Below, piece by piece: positions 26,943 to 37,211 of a stretch of DNA of 64,000 nucleotides (positions within the stretch are counted from its first letter, which is position 1; the number at the start of each line of letters is the position of its first letter). The stretch is taken from contig NYZA01000143.1 of the NCBI GenBank assembly GCA_002686955.1, positions 6,974-70,973 of the forward strand, written 5' to 3'. This stretch comes from Gemmatimonadota bacterium. GTDB taxonomy: Bacteria; GCA-2686955. A program made the translations under genes and the position numbers. The notes under the pieces are model-generated. The model was not told the DNA's origin and made no database searches. It worked only from the letters and a program-made list of their open reading frames with translations.

Positions 26943-28373
26943 ATGTCAGACGACCAGCCGCGCCCAGAGATCGAAGCGGACGCCCCGCTCGATAACGCGG
27001 AGCCGTCCTCCAGCCCCATCGTCGCGGTCGTGGGACGCCCCAACGTCGGTAAATCGACCCTCTTCAACCGGATTCTCGGCCGCCGCCACGCCATCGTCGA
27101 CGACCAGCCCGGCATCACGCGCGATCGTCTCTTTTCCGATGCGGACTGGGCCGGGCATCGGTTCACCCTGGTCGACACGGGCGGAATCGTCCCCGACTCC
27201 CCGCTGCCGATGGAAAGGCTGATCAACTACCAGGTGGAGCAGGCGATCGACGCCGCCGATGTTCTGGTCTTTCTGATCGACGCCCAGGTCTCGCCCGGGG
27301 TCGATGATGAACGGGTGGCCCACATGCTGCGCGACACCGGCCGCCCGGTCGTGCTGGCGGCCAACAAGGCGGACAACGATGCTCTCGTGCTCGAGTCGAA
27401 CCGCTACTGGTCCCTCGGTCTGGGCGAGCCCCACGCGATCTCGGCGACGCACGGCCGCGGAATCGGTGACCTGCTCGATCGCGTGACCGAGCTGCTCCCG
27501 GCCGATCCCCGCGTGGGGAGAGATGTCCCCACCGGCGTGCCCCGCGTCGCGATCATCGGTCGCCCCAATGTCGGCAAGTCGTCGCTGGTCAACGCCCTCA
27601 CCGGTGAGGAGACCGCGATCGTCTCCGAGCTCCCCGGCACGACTCGTGACGCGGTCGACACCCTGGTCGAGATCGATGGCCGTCCCTATCTCTTCATCGA
27701 CACCGCCGGGCTGCGCCGCCGGAGCAAGGTCGCTCGAGGGGTGGAGCATTTCTCGACCCTGCGCACGATCGCGGCGATTCAGCGCGCTGAAGTCGTTCTG
27801 GCACTGGTCGATTCCGAGGCCGGCGTGACCGCCCAAGATGTGCGTGTGGCGGCGATGGCGGCCGATTCCGGCCGGGGCGTGGTCCTCGTCGCCAACAAAT
27901 GGGATCTCGTCTCGACCGAGCCCGGGTTCAGCAAGCTCTTCGAAGAGGAGCTTCGTCGGAAGCTGCGCTTTCTCGGTTACGCCGCGCTGGAGCGGATTTC
28001 GGCCCTCACCGGTCGCCGCGTCACGAAGTTGAACCACGCGATCGATCGCGTGCACGCGCAGTTCCACCGCCGCATCCCCACGGCCGAGCTGAATCGCGCC
28101 GTCGAAGTCACGACCCGTCGCAATCCCCCGCCGGCGGTGAAGGGGAAGCAGATCCGGGTGCTCTACGCCGCGCAAGTCGGTGTGGCGCCGCAGCGTTTCG
28201 TCTACTTCGTCAATTCGCGAATCCCCCTGCCCGAGTCGTATCACCGATTCCTGAACAACCGGCTGCGGGCCGAGTTCGGGTTCGAGGGGGTGCCGCTCAG
28301 GCTCGAGCTTCGCCACCGGTCGAACAAGAAGGGACCGGGGATGGAGGAAGGGACGGGCGCGCGGCGCAAGTAG
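26943..28373 (+). CDS. der: Ribosome-biogenesis GTPase Der (EngA), two GTPase domains plus KH-like C-terminus
   Basis: IVAVVGRPNVGKSTLFN...DTGG and a second VAIIGRPNVGKSSLVN...DTAG G-domain, then the KH-like tail. The start at 26943 (MSDDQ) avoids the inverted repeat. Confidence 0.9.
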   Translation: MSDDQPRPEIEADAPLDNAEPSSSPIVAVVGRPNVGKSTLFNRILGRRHAIVDDQPGITRDRLFSDADWAGHRFTLVDTGGIVPDSPLPMERLINYQVEQAIDAADVLVFLIDAQVSPGVDDERVAHMLRDTGRPVVLAANKADNDALVLESNRYWSLGLGEPHAISATHGRGIGDLLDRVTELLPADPRVGRDVPTGVPRVAIIGRPNVGKSSLVNALTGEETAIVSELPGTTRDAVDTLVEIDGRPYLFIDTAGLRRRSKVARGVEHFSTLRTIAAIQRAEVVLALVDSEAGVTAQDVRVAAMAADSGRGVVLVANKWDLVSTEPGFSKLFEEELRRKLRFLGYAALERISALTGRRVTKLNHAIDRVHAQFHRRIPTAELNRAVEVTTRRNPPPAVKGKQIRVLYAAQVGVAPQRFVYFVNSRIPLPESYHRFLNNRLRAEFGFEGVPLRLELRHRSNKKGPGMEEGTGARRK

Positions 28374-28491
28374 ACCGAAGAGATCTCCCGGGCGCCTCCC
28401 CGCTTCGCCGACCCCAAGCGTGCCCGGGCATCGCCGATCTTGACCTTGGCAACCCTCGAAAAAGCACGTATTCAGTGGCGAGTCTCGGGGC

Positions 28492-29778
28492 CTACCAGGT
28501 GCGGTTCTGCCCGGAATGGGCGGCGGCCCCGGTCGCCCGGCGCACCCGCCCCGCGATACGCCCCATATCGGCCGGCGTGAGCGTGGGATGGGTGGGCGCA
28601 TAGGCCACCTCCGCCGGAATCCGGCGCGCCTCGTCGATCGACGATACCCGGCACCGATCGCGCAGGATCGGCAGGTCGGGCCACGCCGAGCAGTAGTCCT
28701 TCTGAAGATCGACGCCGAGCGCCAGGGCGCGCCGCACCAGGCCGTCTCGATCGGCCGACCGAATCGTGAAATGGAGCATCGTATCGCCGGGATCCTCGGG
28801 GGGTAGCTCCAGCCCCGGCAGATCGGCCAGCGCCCTCCTCAAGATCTCGCCGTTCCGCCGCCGCTTGGCGATCAGCTCGTCGGCCCGCTTTAGCTGCACG
28901 AGCCCCGCGGCGGCCTGCGCCTCGGAGAGCCCCGGCACGCGCCCTTCCATCGGGCGCAGGTCGAGCTCGCTCCTGTCGTCGTCCAACGCCGTTTCGATCC
29001 GCTCGCTCCTGCCCAAGATCTGCGCCGAGCGCATCACCGCGAACGCGCTAGCCGTGAACGCCGGGGGCCAACAGAGCGCGGCCGAGACAAGCTCCGAAAC
29101 CAGCAATCGGGCCGTTCCTCCCGGCGCCGGGAGGGCATCGCGCAGCCGCCGCAGCCGATCCGCGAGCTCCGCGTCGTCGGTCGTGACCGCACCTCCACCC
29201 AGGGTCGAGATCCCCTTGCCCACTCCGAAGGCATGGCAGCCGATCCCGGTCGACCCCGCACGAACCCCGTCCCGTGTCGTCCCGAACGCCTGACAGGCAT
29301 CTTCGATCAACTTCAGATCGTGCTCCCTGGCCACCGCGAGAACCGGATCGAGCGAGAGCGCCCGCCCGTTCAGATGCGCGACCATGATCGCTCTGGTGCG
29401 CTCCCCGACCGCCGCCCGCAGCCGCTCGGGATCGAGCAGGAATGTGCGCGGGTCGACGTCGACCGCCACCGGCTTGAACCCCGCGGCGACCACCACGACC
29501 GGCACGATCCAGAAGGTGTAGGCCGGGAGAATCACCTCGTCTCTGTCGTCCCCTTCGCTCAGCGCCTTCAGCGTGAAATAGGTCGCGGCGCGCCCCGAGG
29601 GGAAAGCGATCGCGTGCTCCTGCCTCTGCGCGGCCGCCAATGCCCGCTCGAAGCGGTCGACCGAATGGCCGCTACCCGCGGCTCGATCACGAGCGGGGCG
29701 CAGCAGCGTTCCGATCGCCTGTGCCCATTCGCGGGCACCGTAAGAGAGGGATTGGCGCGGATAGGCGGGGAAGGGCAT
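28492..29778 (-). CDS. DegT/DnrJ/EryC1/StrS-family PLP-dependent sugar aminotransferase
   Basis: ...RAIMVAHLNGRALSLDPVLAVAREHDLKLIEDACQAFG... (the PLP Lys region) is typical of the family. Start at 29778 (MPFPAYP). The upstream 280 codons of the track ORF are antisense to the carbamoyltransferase. Confidence 0.8.
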   Translation of the reverse strand: MPFPAYPRQSLSYGAREWAQAIGTLLRPARDRAAGSGHSVDRFERALAAAQRQEHAIAFPSGRAATYFTLKALSEGDDRDEVILPAYTFWIVPVVVVAAGFKPVAVDVDPRTFLLDPERLRAAVGERTRAIMVAHLNGRALSLDPVLAVAREHDLKLIEDACQAFGTTRDGVRAGSTGIGCHAFGVGKGISTLGGGAVTTDDAELADRLRRLRDALPAPGGTARLLVSELVSAALCWPPAFTASAFAVMRSAQILGRSERIETALDDDRSELDLRPMEGRVPGLSEAQAAAGLVQLKRADELIAKRRRNGEILRRALADLPGLELPPEDPGDTMLHFTIRSADRDGLVRRALALGVDLQKDYCSAWPDLPILRDRCRVSSIDEARRIPAEVAYAPTHPTLTPADMGRIAGRVRRATGAAAHSGQNRTW

Positions 29779-29838
29779 GGCGGCGGATGATAACATCCGC
29801 AGTCCGTCTATCCGAAACCGCGGGGGATCCTCCGAACG

Positions 29839-31530
29839 ATGCACGACCATATCTTGGGAATCTGTTGCTACGGCACCAACGATACCGGCGTGGCGCTCCT
29901 CGACCCCGAGGGCAAGCTGCTCTACATGAGCGAAGAGGAGCGCTTCAGCCGTATCAAGAAGGACACCTCTTTCCCGGCCGCCGCGATCGACGATGCACTG
30001 CGACACACCGGCATTTCGATCGACGCCGTCTCCGATGTCGGCTTCTATTCCGATCTTTCCGGCGTGCGGCTCTCCGCGGCGCTCCACACGCTGCGCAATC
30101 TTCCTCTCTCTCTCCTCTTTCTCGGCGGTGGCGTCGACTCCTACCGTCGTCACCAGGGTTTCGCCCGCGTGCTTCGCGAGTTGACCGGCTTCTCGGGGAA
30201 GGTGCACCACTTCCCTCACCACCTCTGCCACGCGGCCTCCGCGTACTACCTCTCTCCTTTCGACAGCGCCGCCGTCCTCACCCTCGACGGCACGGGGGAG
30301 TTCACCACCGGCACCACGTGGCTCGGCGAAGGGATCGAGCTCCACCCTTTCGGCCGAGGCCAGTTCCCGCATTCGATCGGTCGGGTTTACGAAGCATTCA
30401 CCCAATACCTCGGCTTCAAGCCGAACCGGGACGAGGGCAAGGTGATGGGCCTCGCGGGCCACGGCGACCCTGCCCGGTTCCGTTCGGCGCTCGCCGATCT
30501 CATCCACCTGGAGCCCGGCGGCCGCTACCGCGTCAATCTCCGTTACTTCCTCTACCACCTCGGTAGCGACACTCTTTTCAGCCGCCGCCTGGTAGAGCGC
30601 TTCGGCCCGCCCCGTGTGCCGGAATCGAGTCTCGACGAACACTACCGTGACATCGCCGCCGCTGTCCAGGAGCGCCTCGAAGACGTAGGGCTACACTTGA
30701 GCCGCGCCCTCGCCGCCAAGACCCCGACGCGCGACATCTGCCTCGCGGGTGGCGTGACGCTGAATACACAGATGAACGCCCGAATCGAAAGCGACGGCAT
30801 TTTCGATCGGGTCTTCGTCCCTCCCCCGGCGGGCGACCCGGGAACCGCGCTCGGCGCGGCGAAGCTGGTCTACCACCGCGCGCACCGCGGCCGGTCGCGC
30901 GAAACGATGACACACGCCTACTGGGGGCCCTGCTACGACGACCAGGAATGCGAGCGCGCGGCGAAAGAAGCGGGCACGAGCTGGCGCCGAGTCGATGATC
31001 CGGGGGACGCCGCCGCCGAAGCGATCGCACGCGGCGAAATCGTCTCTTGGTTCCAGGGACGGATGGAGATCGGCCCTCGCGCACTGGGCAACCGCTCGAT
31101 CCTCGGCGACGCACGCCGCTCCGAAATGGCCGACGTCATGAACCGCCGGGTCAAGAAGCGCGAATCGTTCCGTCCCTTCGCCCCTGCCGTGCTGGCCGAA
31201 CGTTGTGGCGACTATTTCGATCGCCCCGGCCCGCAGCCTTTCATGCTCAGCGTCTTCGGAGTGCGTGAAGAGCGCCGCTCCGAGGTCCCTTCGATCACCC
31301 ATGTCGACGGCAGCGCCCGGGTCCAGACCGTGCATCGCGAGTCGAACCCCGCCTTCTACAACCTGATCAAATGTTTCGACCGGCGCACTGGAGTGCCGGT
31401 AGTGCTCAATACATCGTTCAATGTGCGGGGCGAACCGATCGTCTGCACCCCGGCCGACGCGGCGGCGTGCTTTCAGAGCACCGATATCGACCGTCTCTAC
31501 ATGGGGCATATCGAGGTGATCGCTCGATGA
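29839..31530 (+). CDS. Carbamoyltransferase (NodU/CmcH family)
   Basis: N-terminal MHDHILGICCYGTNDTGVALLD (Carbam_trans_N) and a C-terminal Carbam_trans_C region (...VVLNTSFNVRGEPIVCTPADAA...). 563 aa. Confidence 0.85.
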   Translation: MHDHILGICCYGTNDTGVALLDPEGKLLYMSEEERFSRIKKDTSFPAAAIDDALRHTGISIDAVSDVGFYSDLSGVRLSAALHTLRNLPLSLLFLGGGVDSYRRHQGFARVLRELTGFSGKVHHFPHHLCHAASAYYLSPFDSAAVLTLDGTGEFTTGTTWLGEGIELHPFGRGQFPHSIGRVYEAFTQYLGFKPNRDEGKVMGLAGHGDPARFRSALADLIHLEPGGRYRVNLRYFLYHLGSDTLFSRRLVERFGPPRVPESSLDEHYRDIAAAVQERLEDVGLHLSRALAAKTPTRDICLAGGVTLNTQMNARIESDGIFDRVFVPPPAGDPGTALGAAKLVYHRAHRGRSRETMTHAYWGPCYDDQECERAAKEAGTSWRRVDDPGDAAAEAIARGEIVSWFQGRMEIGPRALGNRSILGDARRSEMADVMNRRVKKRESFRPFAPAVLAERCGDYFDRPGPQPFMLSVFGVREERRSEVPSITHVDGSARVQTVHRESNPAFYNLIKCFDRRTGVPVVLNTSFNVRGEPIVCTPADAAACFQSTDIDRLYMGHIEVIAR

Positions 31531-33284
31531 CGCGGGTCCTCTGCGCCCTCCTCTTCTTCGCGGCCGCCGGCTGCGGTCTCGGCCCGTCTCCCCTCCCCTC
31601 GATCGTCCTGATCTCTATCGACACCCTGCGTGCCGACCACCTCTCCTGCTACGGCTACGATCGCCCCACCCCCTCGATCGACTCTCTCGCCGCCCTCGGC
31701 GTGCTCTACGAAAACGCCCACGCCTCAGCCCCCTGGACCCTGCCCTCCCACGTGAGCCTCTTCACCGGCCTCTATCCCTCATCGCACGGAGTCGTCGACA
31801 CCGACCGCAGCCTCCCCCCCGCCATCGCCCAGCTCCCCGAGGCCCTGAAACGCCATGGCTACCGGACCGCTGGCTTCGGCGCCCATATCTACCTCGGCCG
31901 CAATTTCGGATTCGGCCGCGGCTTCGACCATTACGAGATCACCCCCTATCGCAACGATCCTCAAGAGATCTCGCGCGGCGACCGAATCGTTACAAAGGGC
32001 CTTCAGTGGCTCGACTCGCGCAAGGCCGATCCGCGCCCCTTCTTCCTTTTCCTACACATTTTCGATCCCCATTGGGCATACGCCGCACCGGAGCCGTGGA
32101 TCGGCAAGTACTCCTCCAATTACGTCGACCGGATGGACGGCTCCCTTCCCGCTCTCACCCATTTCATCGACCGCCCCATGCCGGGCGAGCTTCGACAGCA
32201 CGCGATCGACCTCTACGACGAAGAGGTCGCGTGGACCGACGCCCTGATCGGCCGCCTGATGCTCGAACTCAAAGCTCGAAGTATGTCGCCCATGGTCGTC
32301 CTCGTCGCCGACCATGGAGAGGAGTTCAAAGAGCACGGCTCGATGGGCCATGCAGTGACACTCTACAAGGAACAGACCCACGTTCCCCTGATCATCGTCG
32401 ATCCCGAGGGCGAGCAAGGGCAACGGGTCGCGGCGCCGGTTCGCACCATCGATCTCGTTCCCACTTTGGCCGAACGAGTGGGTATTCCAAGCGATGATCC
32501 GATCTGGCAAGCGCTCGAGGGAGCATCGCTGGATCGGGTCGATCCCGAACGCCCGGTCGTGATCGAGACCACGCGCTGGGGCTCTTCCAGGAGCGCGGTG
32601 TTGCTCGGTGATCAAAAGGCGATCTCCCCTTCGAGCTATCACTGGCTGGGCCACTGGCGCCGTGACGGAGAAGTCGTGCGCGAGCCGGTGGCGCATTTCG
32701 AGCGCGAGGCGGCTCTCTACGATCTCGCCGCCGATCCGAATGAGGCCACCCCCCTTCCCTGGGATCCGCGGGCTCCGGCGGCACTCGCACTGGAAGACTG
32801 GCAGGAGCGAACTTGGAGAGGAATCCGAGTCGAAATGCGGATCGAGAAGGGGCTCGAAGCGTTCATCTGCCTGCACGGCGACATCGTTTGGCGCGACCAG
32901 GCGAAGCTCGATGATGGAATCCGCACGCTCCCCGTGCCGATCGAGGGCTCGCTGATCACGCTCTCGAACCTACCTGCCGGGCGGAACCTCCGTCTCGATC
33001 TGCCTCTGGAACCGACTCAGCTCGATTCCTTGGAAATAGAAGTGTCGGGGGACGTCTTGTGGATTCGAGCCGGGAAGGAAGAGGAGCGGAGGCTCACCGC
33101 GGGCGGCCGCTGGACAATCGCGGCTAGTGATCCCGGTGATCATCACCGAGGATTGCCCGAAGGCGAAGCCGCCGTGTCGCGAATCTCCGTACGCACCCGT
33201 TCCTTCGAGGCGGTGAGAGCCGCGAGTGAGCTCTCCGAGCACGACAGGGAAGTGTTGCGCTCGCTCGGCTATGTGGATGGGTAG
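31527..33284 (+). CDS. Secreted lipoprotein of the AlkP/sulfatase fold (paralog of 12315..14129)
   Basis: Lipobox LFFAAAGCG. SIVLISIDTLRADHLSCYGYD, and nucleophile region HASAPWTLPSH (no C-x-P-x-R). Start ATG 31527 overlaps the carbamoyltransferase stop. Confidence 0.75.
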   Translation: MTRVLCALLFFAAAGCGLGPSPLPSIVLISIDTLRADHLSCYGYDRPTPSIDSLAALGVLYENAHASAPWTLPSHVSLFTGLYPSSHGVVDTDRSLPPAIAQLPEALKRHGYRTAGFGAHIYLGRNFGFGRGFDHYEITPYRNDPQEISRGDRIVTKGLQWLDSRKADPRPFFLFLHIFDPHWAYAAPEPWIGKYSSNYVDRMDGSLPALTHFIDRPMPGELRQHAIDLYDEEVAWTDALIGRLMLELKARSMSPMVVLVADHGEEFKEHGSMGHAVTLYKEQTHVPLIIVDPEGEQGQRVAAPVRTIDLVPTLAERVGIPSDDPIWQALEGASLDRVDPERPVVIETTRWGSSRSAVLLGDQKAISPSSYHWLGHWRRDGEVVREPVAHFEREAALYDLAADPNEATPLPWDPRAPAALALEDWQERTWRGIRVEMRIEKGLEAFICLHGDIVWRDQAKLDDGIRTLPVPIEGSLITLSNLPAGRNLRLDLPLEPTQLDSLEIEVSGDVLWIRAGKEEERRLTAGGRWTIAASDPGDHHRGLPEGEAAVSRISVRTRSFEAVRAASELSEHDREVLRSLGYVDG

Positions 33285-34597
33285 AGCGTACGCATTTTCC
33301 GGCCCAGCACGGCGATCCGCCCGGGGTGCTTGATCAACTCCGCGAAGAGCAGCGCCAACCGCCTCGGATGCGAATAGCAGCGGATCATGCTGGAGCGCCG
33401 GATCGCCGCCAGTCGCGCCGGCAACAGCTCGGAATCGTCCGCCGGCGGAATCAGACTGCCCGGCACACGATCGAAAACCGATACCAGCACGCCGTCGAGA
33501 GGCAAGCGACGGGCTTCTCGCAACATCCTCCGAAGATCGGATTCGGTATTGCCGGGCAGACCGATGATGAAGTACGCCTCCGTCTTGATTCCGGCACGCT
33601 TGCACTTTCGGACCGCCGTTTCGACGCGTTCGATCCCTTCGCTCCACGGCGCGGCATCGGTCGCGCTCCCCGAGTGCATCGCCTCGACCGATAGCGTGAG
33701 AGCGACACATCCAGCGGAGGCCATCTGCTCGAGCAATGCCTCGTTCTGCGCATCCTCGACCCGGATCCCGTTAGGCAGCTCCCAGGCCACTGGCGCTCCC
33801 TGCTTCCTCAGAATCGAAGAGAACAGCGACACGCGGCCGGCGTCGGCCGCGAAACGATCGTCTTCGATATGGATCGACCGCACTCCATGGTCCCGGTGCA
33901 GTCTGAGCATCTCCTCCGCCACACTTCCCGCTGGTCGTCCCACGAATCGACCGGTAGGAGTGGAGGGAACCGGGCAGTAGGCGCAGCCCAGTCCGCAGCC
34001 ACGCGAGCTCAGCAAGGCCGTGTAGGGATAACCGTGCGCCAACATCCCGCCGCAATAGTCCTCTACGGGAAATAGTGTACGGTCCGCGACCAGCCTCGGC
34101 CAGAGCTCGATGTCGGGCGGGCGCAAACGCAGCTCGCCCTCGCCGCTGAATGCACCCGGAATCGCACTCGCATCGCCGTGGCTGGTCAGTGCATCCACCA
34201 GGTCGACCACGGTCGCCTCGCTCCAGATCGGCAGCGCACCCCAGGAGTGGATCGCGCCCTCCCCAACGATCGCCCAGCTCCTTGCGGGGGGTCGCGCCCA
34301 CGCCCGCGATCGGAGCACAACATCGGGACCGGAGACGGCGACCGGCACTCTGGCCTCGATCAACTCCCCCATCATGCGGCAGCCGAGCTCCTCGCACCCG
34401 CGCGGAATCGAGACGAGCGCAAGATCCACGGTGCCGGCCGCTGCCTGCGCGGCGATGATCCGCGGGGATGAGCGCGCCGTCTCGGCCACCAGCAGCTCGT
34501 GCCGGCGGGGAGCCAGCGCAGCGGCGACCAGGGCCAGACCGAGGGGATAGGGCGCCTCGACCGGCGGCGAGAGATGGATCAACAGGATCCGCATCAA
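33269..34597 (-). CDS. B12-binding-domain radical SAM protein
   Basis: N-terminal cobalamin-binding-like Rossmann region, then SSRGCGLGCAYCPV (C-x3-C-x2-C) and a TIM-barrel region. 442 aa. Confidence 0.7.
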   Translation of the reverse strand: MMRILLIHLSPPVEAPYPLGLALVAAALAPRRHELLVAETARSSPRIIAAQAAAGTVDLALVSIPRGCEELGCRMMGELIEARVPVAVSGPDVVLRSRAWARPPARSWAIVGEGAIHSWGALPIWSEATVVDLVDALTSHGDASAIPGAFSGEGELRLRPPDIELWPRLVADRTLFPVEDYCGGMLAHGYPYTALLSSRGCGLGCAYCPVPSTPTGRFVGRPAGSVAEEMLRLHRDHGVRSIHIEDDRFAADAGRVSLFSSILRKQGAPVAWELPNGIRVEDAQNEALLEQMASAGCVALTLSVEAMHSGSATDAAPWSEGIERVETAVRKCKRAGIKTEAYFIIGLPGNTESDLRRMLREARRLPLDGVLVSVFDRVPGSLIPPADDSELLPARLAAIRRSSMIRCYSHPRRLALLFAELIKHPGRIAVLGRKMRTLYPST

Positions 34598-34616
34598 CCT
34601 CTCCCGTTCATCGTTG

Positions 34617-37205
34617 TCAGCCCTCTCTCCCCAGCAGGCCCCTCGCCCTATCCGCTTCTGGGCTCTTCGGCGCCACCTCCAGAAGTCGCTCCCACCGCTC
34701 GGTCGCCCCCTTCGAATCGCCGGTGCGCAGATGCGCCTGACCCGAGAGAAAAAGAGCCTCGGCGGAGCCCGGATCGAGAGCCAAGACCGCGTCGGTTGCG
34801 TGCAGAGCCTCCCGGGTTCTGCCTTGGCGGAACGCCAGGCGCGCGTGCTGCAGATGGAGGGGCACCGATCCCGGCGCCGCCGCGATTCCCGCGGCGATCA
34901 CCGCGCGCGCGGCGCCGAACTCGGCGGAGGCGATAAGCTCGCCCGCGAGCAGATTCTGGGCTACGGCCAGATCGGGAGCGACGTTGACAGCCTTTCGAAA
35001 CGCGTCGATCGCAGCCCTGCGATCGTTCCTGGCCAGCGCCGAACCGGCATGGGCCAGGAAAGAGACCGCGGGCGCCAATCGATCCTCCGGCAGAGCGATT
35101 CCGCCCAGCACCGCTTCATCGATACGACGACGCAGCTCTGCCTCTCTCGGCATCGTACGCCCGAGCTCGATGCACCGATCGGCGAATGCGTCGAGTCGCG
35201 CCCGATTCGGGTCGCGAGCAGGTCTCGGTTCAGGCTGCCGGTGCCTTGGTGTCTTCACTTGTCGGGCAGTAGGTGTTCTAGGCTTCAGTTTCGCCACGGG
35301 CTCCAATCCGGACAGCTCCGGCAGATGCTCTCTCAGCGCTCCGTAGACCGCCTCCGCCATCAAGCTCGCGCCTCTTTCGCTCTGCTGCACGGCACCCCGA
35401 AAAAGCAGATCGTGCCGATGCCGGCGAAAGACCGCGAGCATGTCCACCAGTCCACGCTCGGTTTCCTTAGCGACATTTCTCGTCGCTTCGTGATAGGCCG
35501 AGCGCTCCGGCTTCGTGCTGTGGAAATCGTGCTGCGGCTCGACGACATAGAGAAGCTCGAAATCGAGGCTGTCCGCCAGGGAATCGAGTGCGAGCAGGTT
35601 GCTCTCGAATCGATCGAGCGGGACGCGGGCGTGTGTGCTGTCGGGCAGCGACGCTTTGGCGCCCAGCTCGATGCCTCGTCCAATCGCCCTCCATAGCTCA
35701 GAGCGTCTCACTCCGCGGGCGAACCGGTGGAGAATCGATCTCCACCGCGTGTCCAACCGGGCGGAAAGTTCGTGGTCCGGAAAGGACCTTGCGGGGCTGC
35801 CATCCTCTTGGGCATGGCTCACGACTACGAGGTCCGGCGATAGCTTCTCGAGCTCGGCGCGCATGCGCTTCAGCGTTTGGTACGATGTGTACCCGGGGAC
35901 TCCCGCGTTCAGCACCTCGAAATCGAACTCGTCATTGCGGCTCAGCAGCCTCTCCAGCTCCCCCGGATAGGTGGCGCTTGGCGCGTCGATCGCTTCACCG
36001 AAGCAGGACGATCCACCGACACAGACCACGCGGTAGCCATTACCCTCGGCTTCGACCTCGAGCTCTTCCCCACGACAGCCGAGAGTATTTATGTAACGGT
36101 TTCCTATCCCTGATCCCGGCACCAGCTTCCAGAGCGTGGCCGGATTCTCGATCGTCGCCCACCGATGGAAATCGAGCATTGTGGAGCTTGGGCCACGCGC
36201 ACGCATGACGCCTTCCGCCGCGGTCAGAACGAGAGCCAGATTCAACCCCATGACCAGAGACGCAAACCGGAGTCGCCCCCGCTCGAACAAGCAAAAGCCG
36301 GTGAGCAACACACTTGCCCCTACTAGCGCGATCTCGACAAAGATCGTGCCTGCCTCAAAAAAGGCGCCCACGAACCCGGCACCCGCGAGTGCGGCCGCGG
36401 CTGCAATCGCTACGTTCACCGCGCCTCGGACGACCTTCTCCCGACCGAGCCAAGTGATGCCCATGAACCAGACCAGAAGCAGCCCTCCAACAACAGAGGA
36501 TCGGCGCACGATTCGGCCGATCGACAGCGGCCCCCGAATCTCGGTCGGCAGTGGTACCACCGTCAAAGAGTGCACGAGCGCTCCACCGGAGATACATGAA
36601 ACGCCGGTTCCGCCCCATTCTATGTTGCTATCATCGAGTTGATCGATCTCCGCGTCGTCGATTGAAAGAGCATGGATGCCGTACCGGCTCTGAACCGTCA
36701 CTGCCGTCCGGACTCCGGGCGTCAAACTGACGCTCGTACCTCCGGCGCCCAGCTTGTCCTTGGCGACAAAGCCGTTCGCGACATGTCGATTTGCACTCAG
36801 TCGGACCGTGTGGCGCGGTCGCACCCCGTCGCCCGCGCTCAGAAGTCCGGCGAGCTCTCCGACTTCCCGCTCGCGCTCGTGAAAATACAGATCACACACA
36901 CTTCCCGGCTTCAGCGTCAAATCCAGATGGATCCGCTGGTTCGCGAAGACCGCTCCCCGCAAGCGGCGCTGCTCTCCCGACTCCAGTTTCCATGGCTCGG
37001 CGGTACTCAGTGGGTGGCTGGGCAGGTGAGCGCCCGAAGGTGGGGCACCGGGTATCAAACGATCGTGTCGCTCATCGAGAAGGAAGGCGACCGCCGGTAG
37101 CAGGATCATCCCGAGCATGGCCGCGACGACCGCGATCCGCCGGGGACGATCACGTTGATCGCGTTGCGCCGATGAAAGGGGCGGAGTGGATCGACCGGTG
37201 CTCAT
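34617..37205 (-). CDS. Membrane protein with SGNH/GDSL hydrolase domain and C-terminal TPR repeats
   Basis: VVCVGGSSCFGEAIDA...GVPGYTSYQ resembles the SGNH block I/III arrangement. Multiple TM helices in the middle. TPR-like C-terminus (...ALDPGSAEALFLSGQAHLRTGD...). 862 aa. Confidence 0.5.
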   Translation of the reverse strand: MSTGRSTPPLSSAQRDQRDRPRRIAVVAAMLGMILLPAVAFLLDERHDRLIPGAPPSGAHLPSHPLSTAEPWKLESGEQRRLRGAVFANQRIHLDLTLKPGSVCDLYFHEREREVGELAGLLSAGDGVRPRHTVRLSANRHVANGFVAKDKLGAGGTSVSLTPGVRTAVTVQSRYGIHALSIDDAEIDQLDDSNIEWGGTGVSCISGGALVHSLTVVPLPTEIRGPLSIGRIVRRSSVVGGLLLVWFMGITWLGREKVVRGAVNVAIAAAAALAGAGFVGAFFEAGTIFVEIALVGASVLLTGFCLFERGRLRFASLVMGLNLALVLTAAEGVMRARGPSSTMLDFHRWATIENPATLWKLVPGSGIGNRYINTLGCRGEELEVEAEGNGYRVVCVGGSSCFGEAIDAPSATYPGELERLLSRNDEFDFEVLNAGVPGYTSYQTLKRMRAELEKLSPDLVVVSHAQEDGSPARSFPDHELSARLDTRWRSILHRFARGVRRSELWRAIGRGIELGAKASLPDSTHARVPLDRFESNLLALDSLADSLDFELLYVVEPQHDFHSTKPERSAYHEATRNVAKETERGLVDMLAVFRRHRHDLLFRGAVQQSERGASLMAEAVYGALREHLPELSGLEPVAKLKPRTPTARQVKTPRHRQPEPRPARDPNRARLDAFADRCIELGRTMPREAELRRRIDEAVLGGIALPEDRLAPAVSFLAHAGSALARNDRRAAIDAFRKAVNVAPDLAVAQNLLAGELIASAEFGAARAVIAAGIAAAPGSVPLHLQHARLAFRQGRTREALHATDAVLALDPGSAEALFLSGQAHLRTGDSKGATERWERLLEVAPKSPEADRARGLLGREG

Positions 37206-37211
37206 GATCGT

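Noticed and set aside
28380-28440. cccgggc...gcccggg inverted repeat after der as a terminator
   Set aside because: 7-bp stem with ~25-nt loop and no T-tract. Too weak to call.
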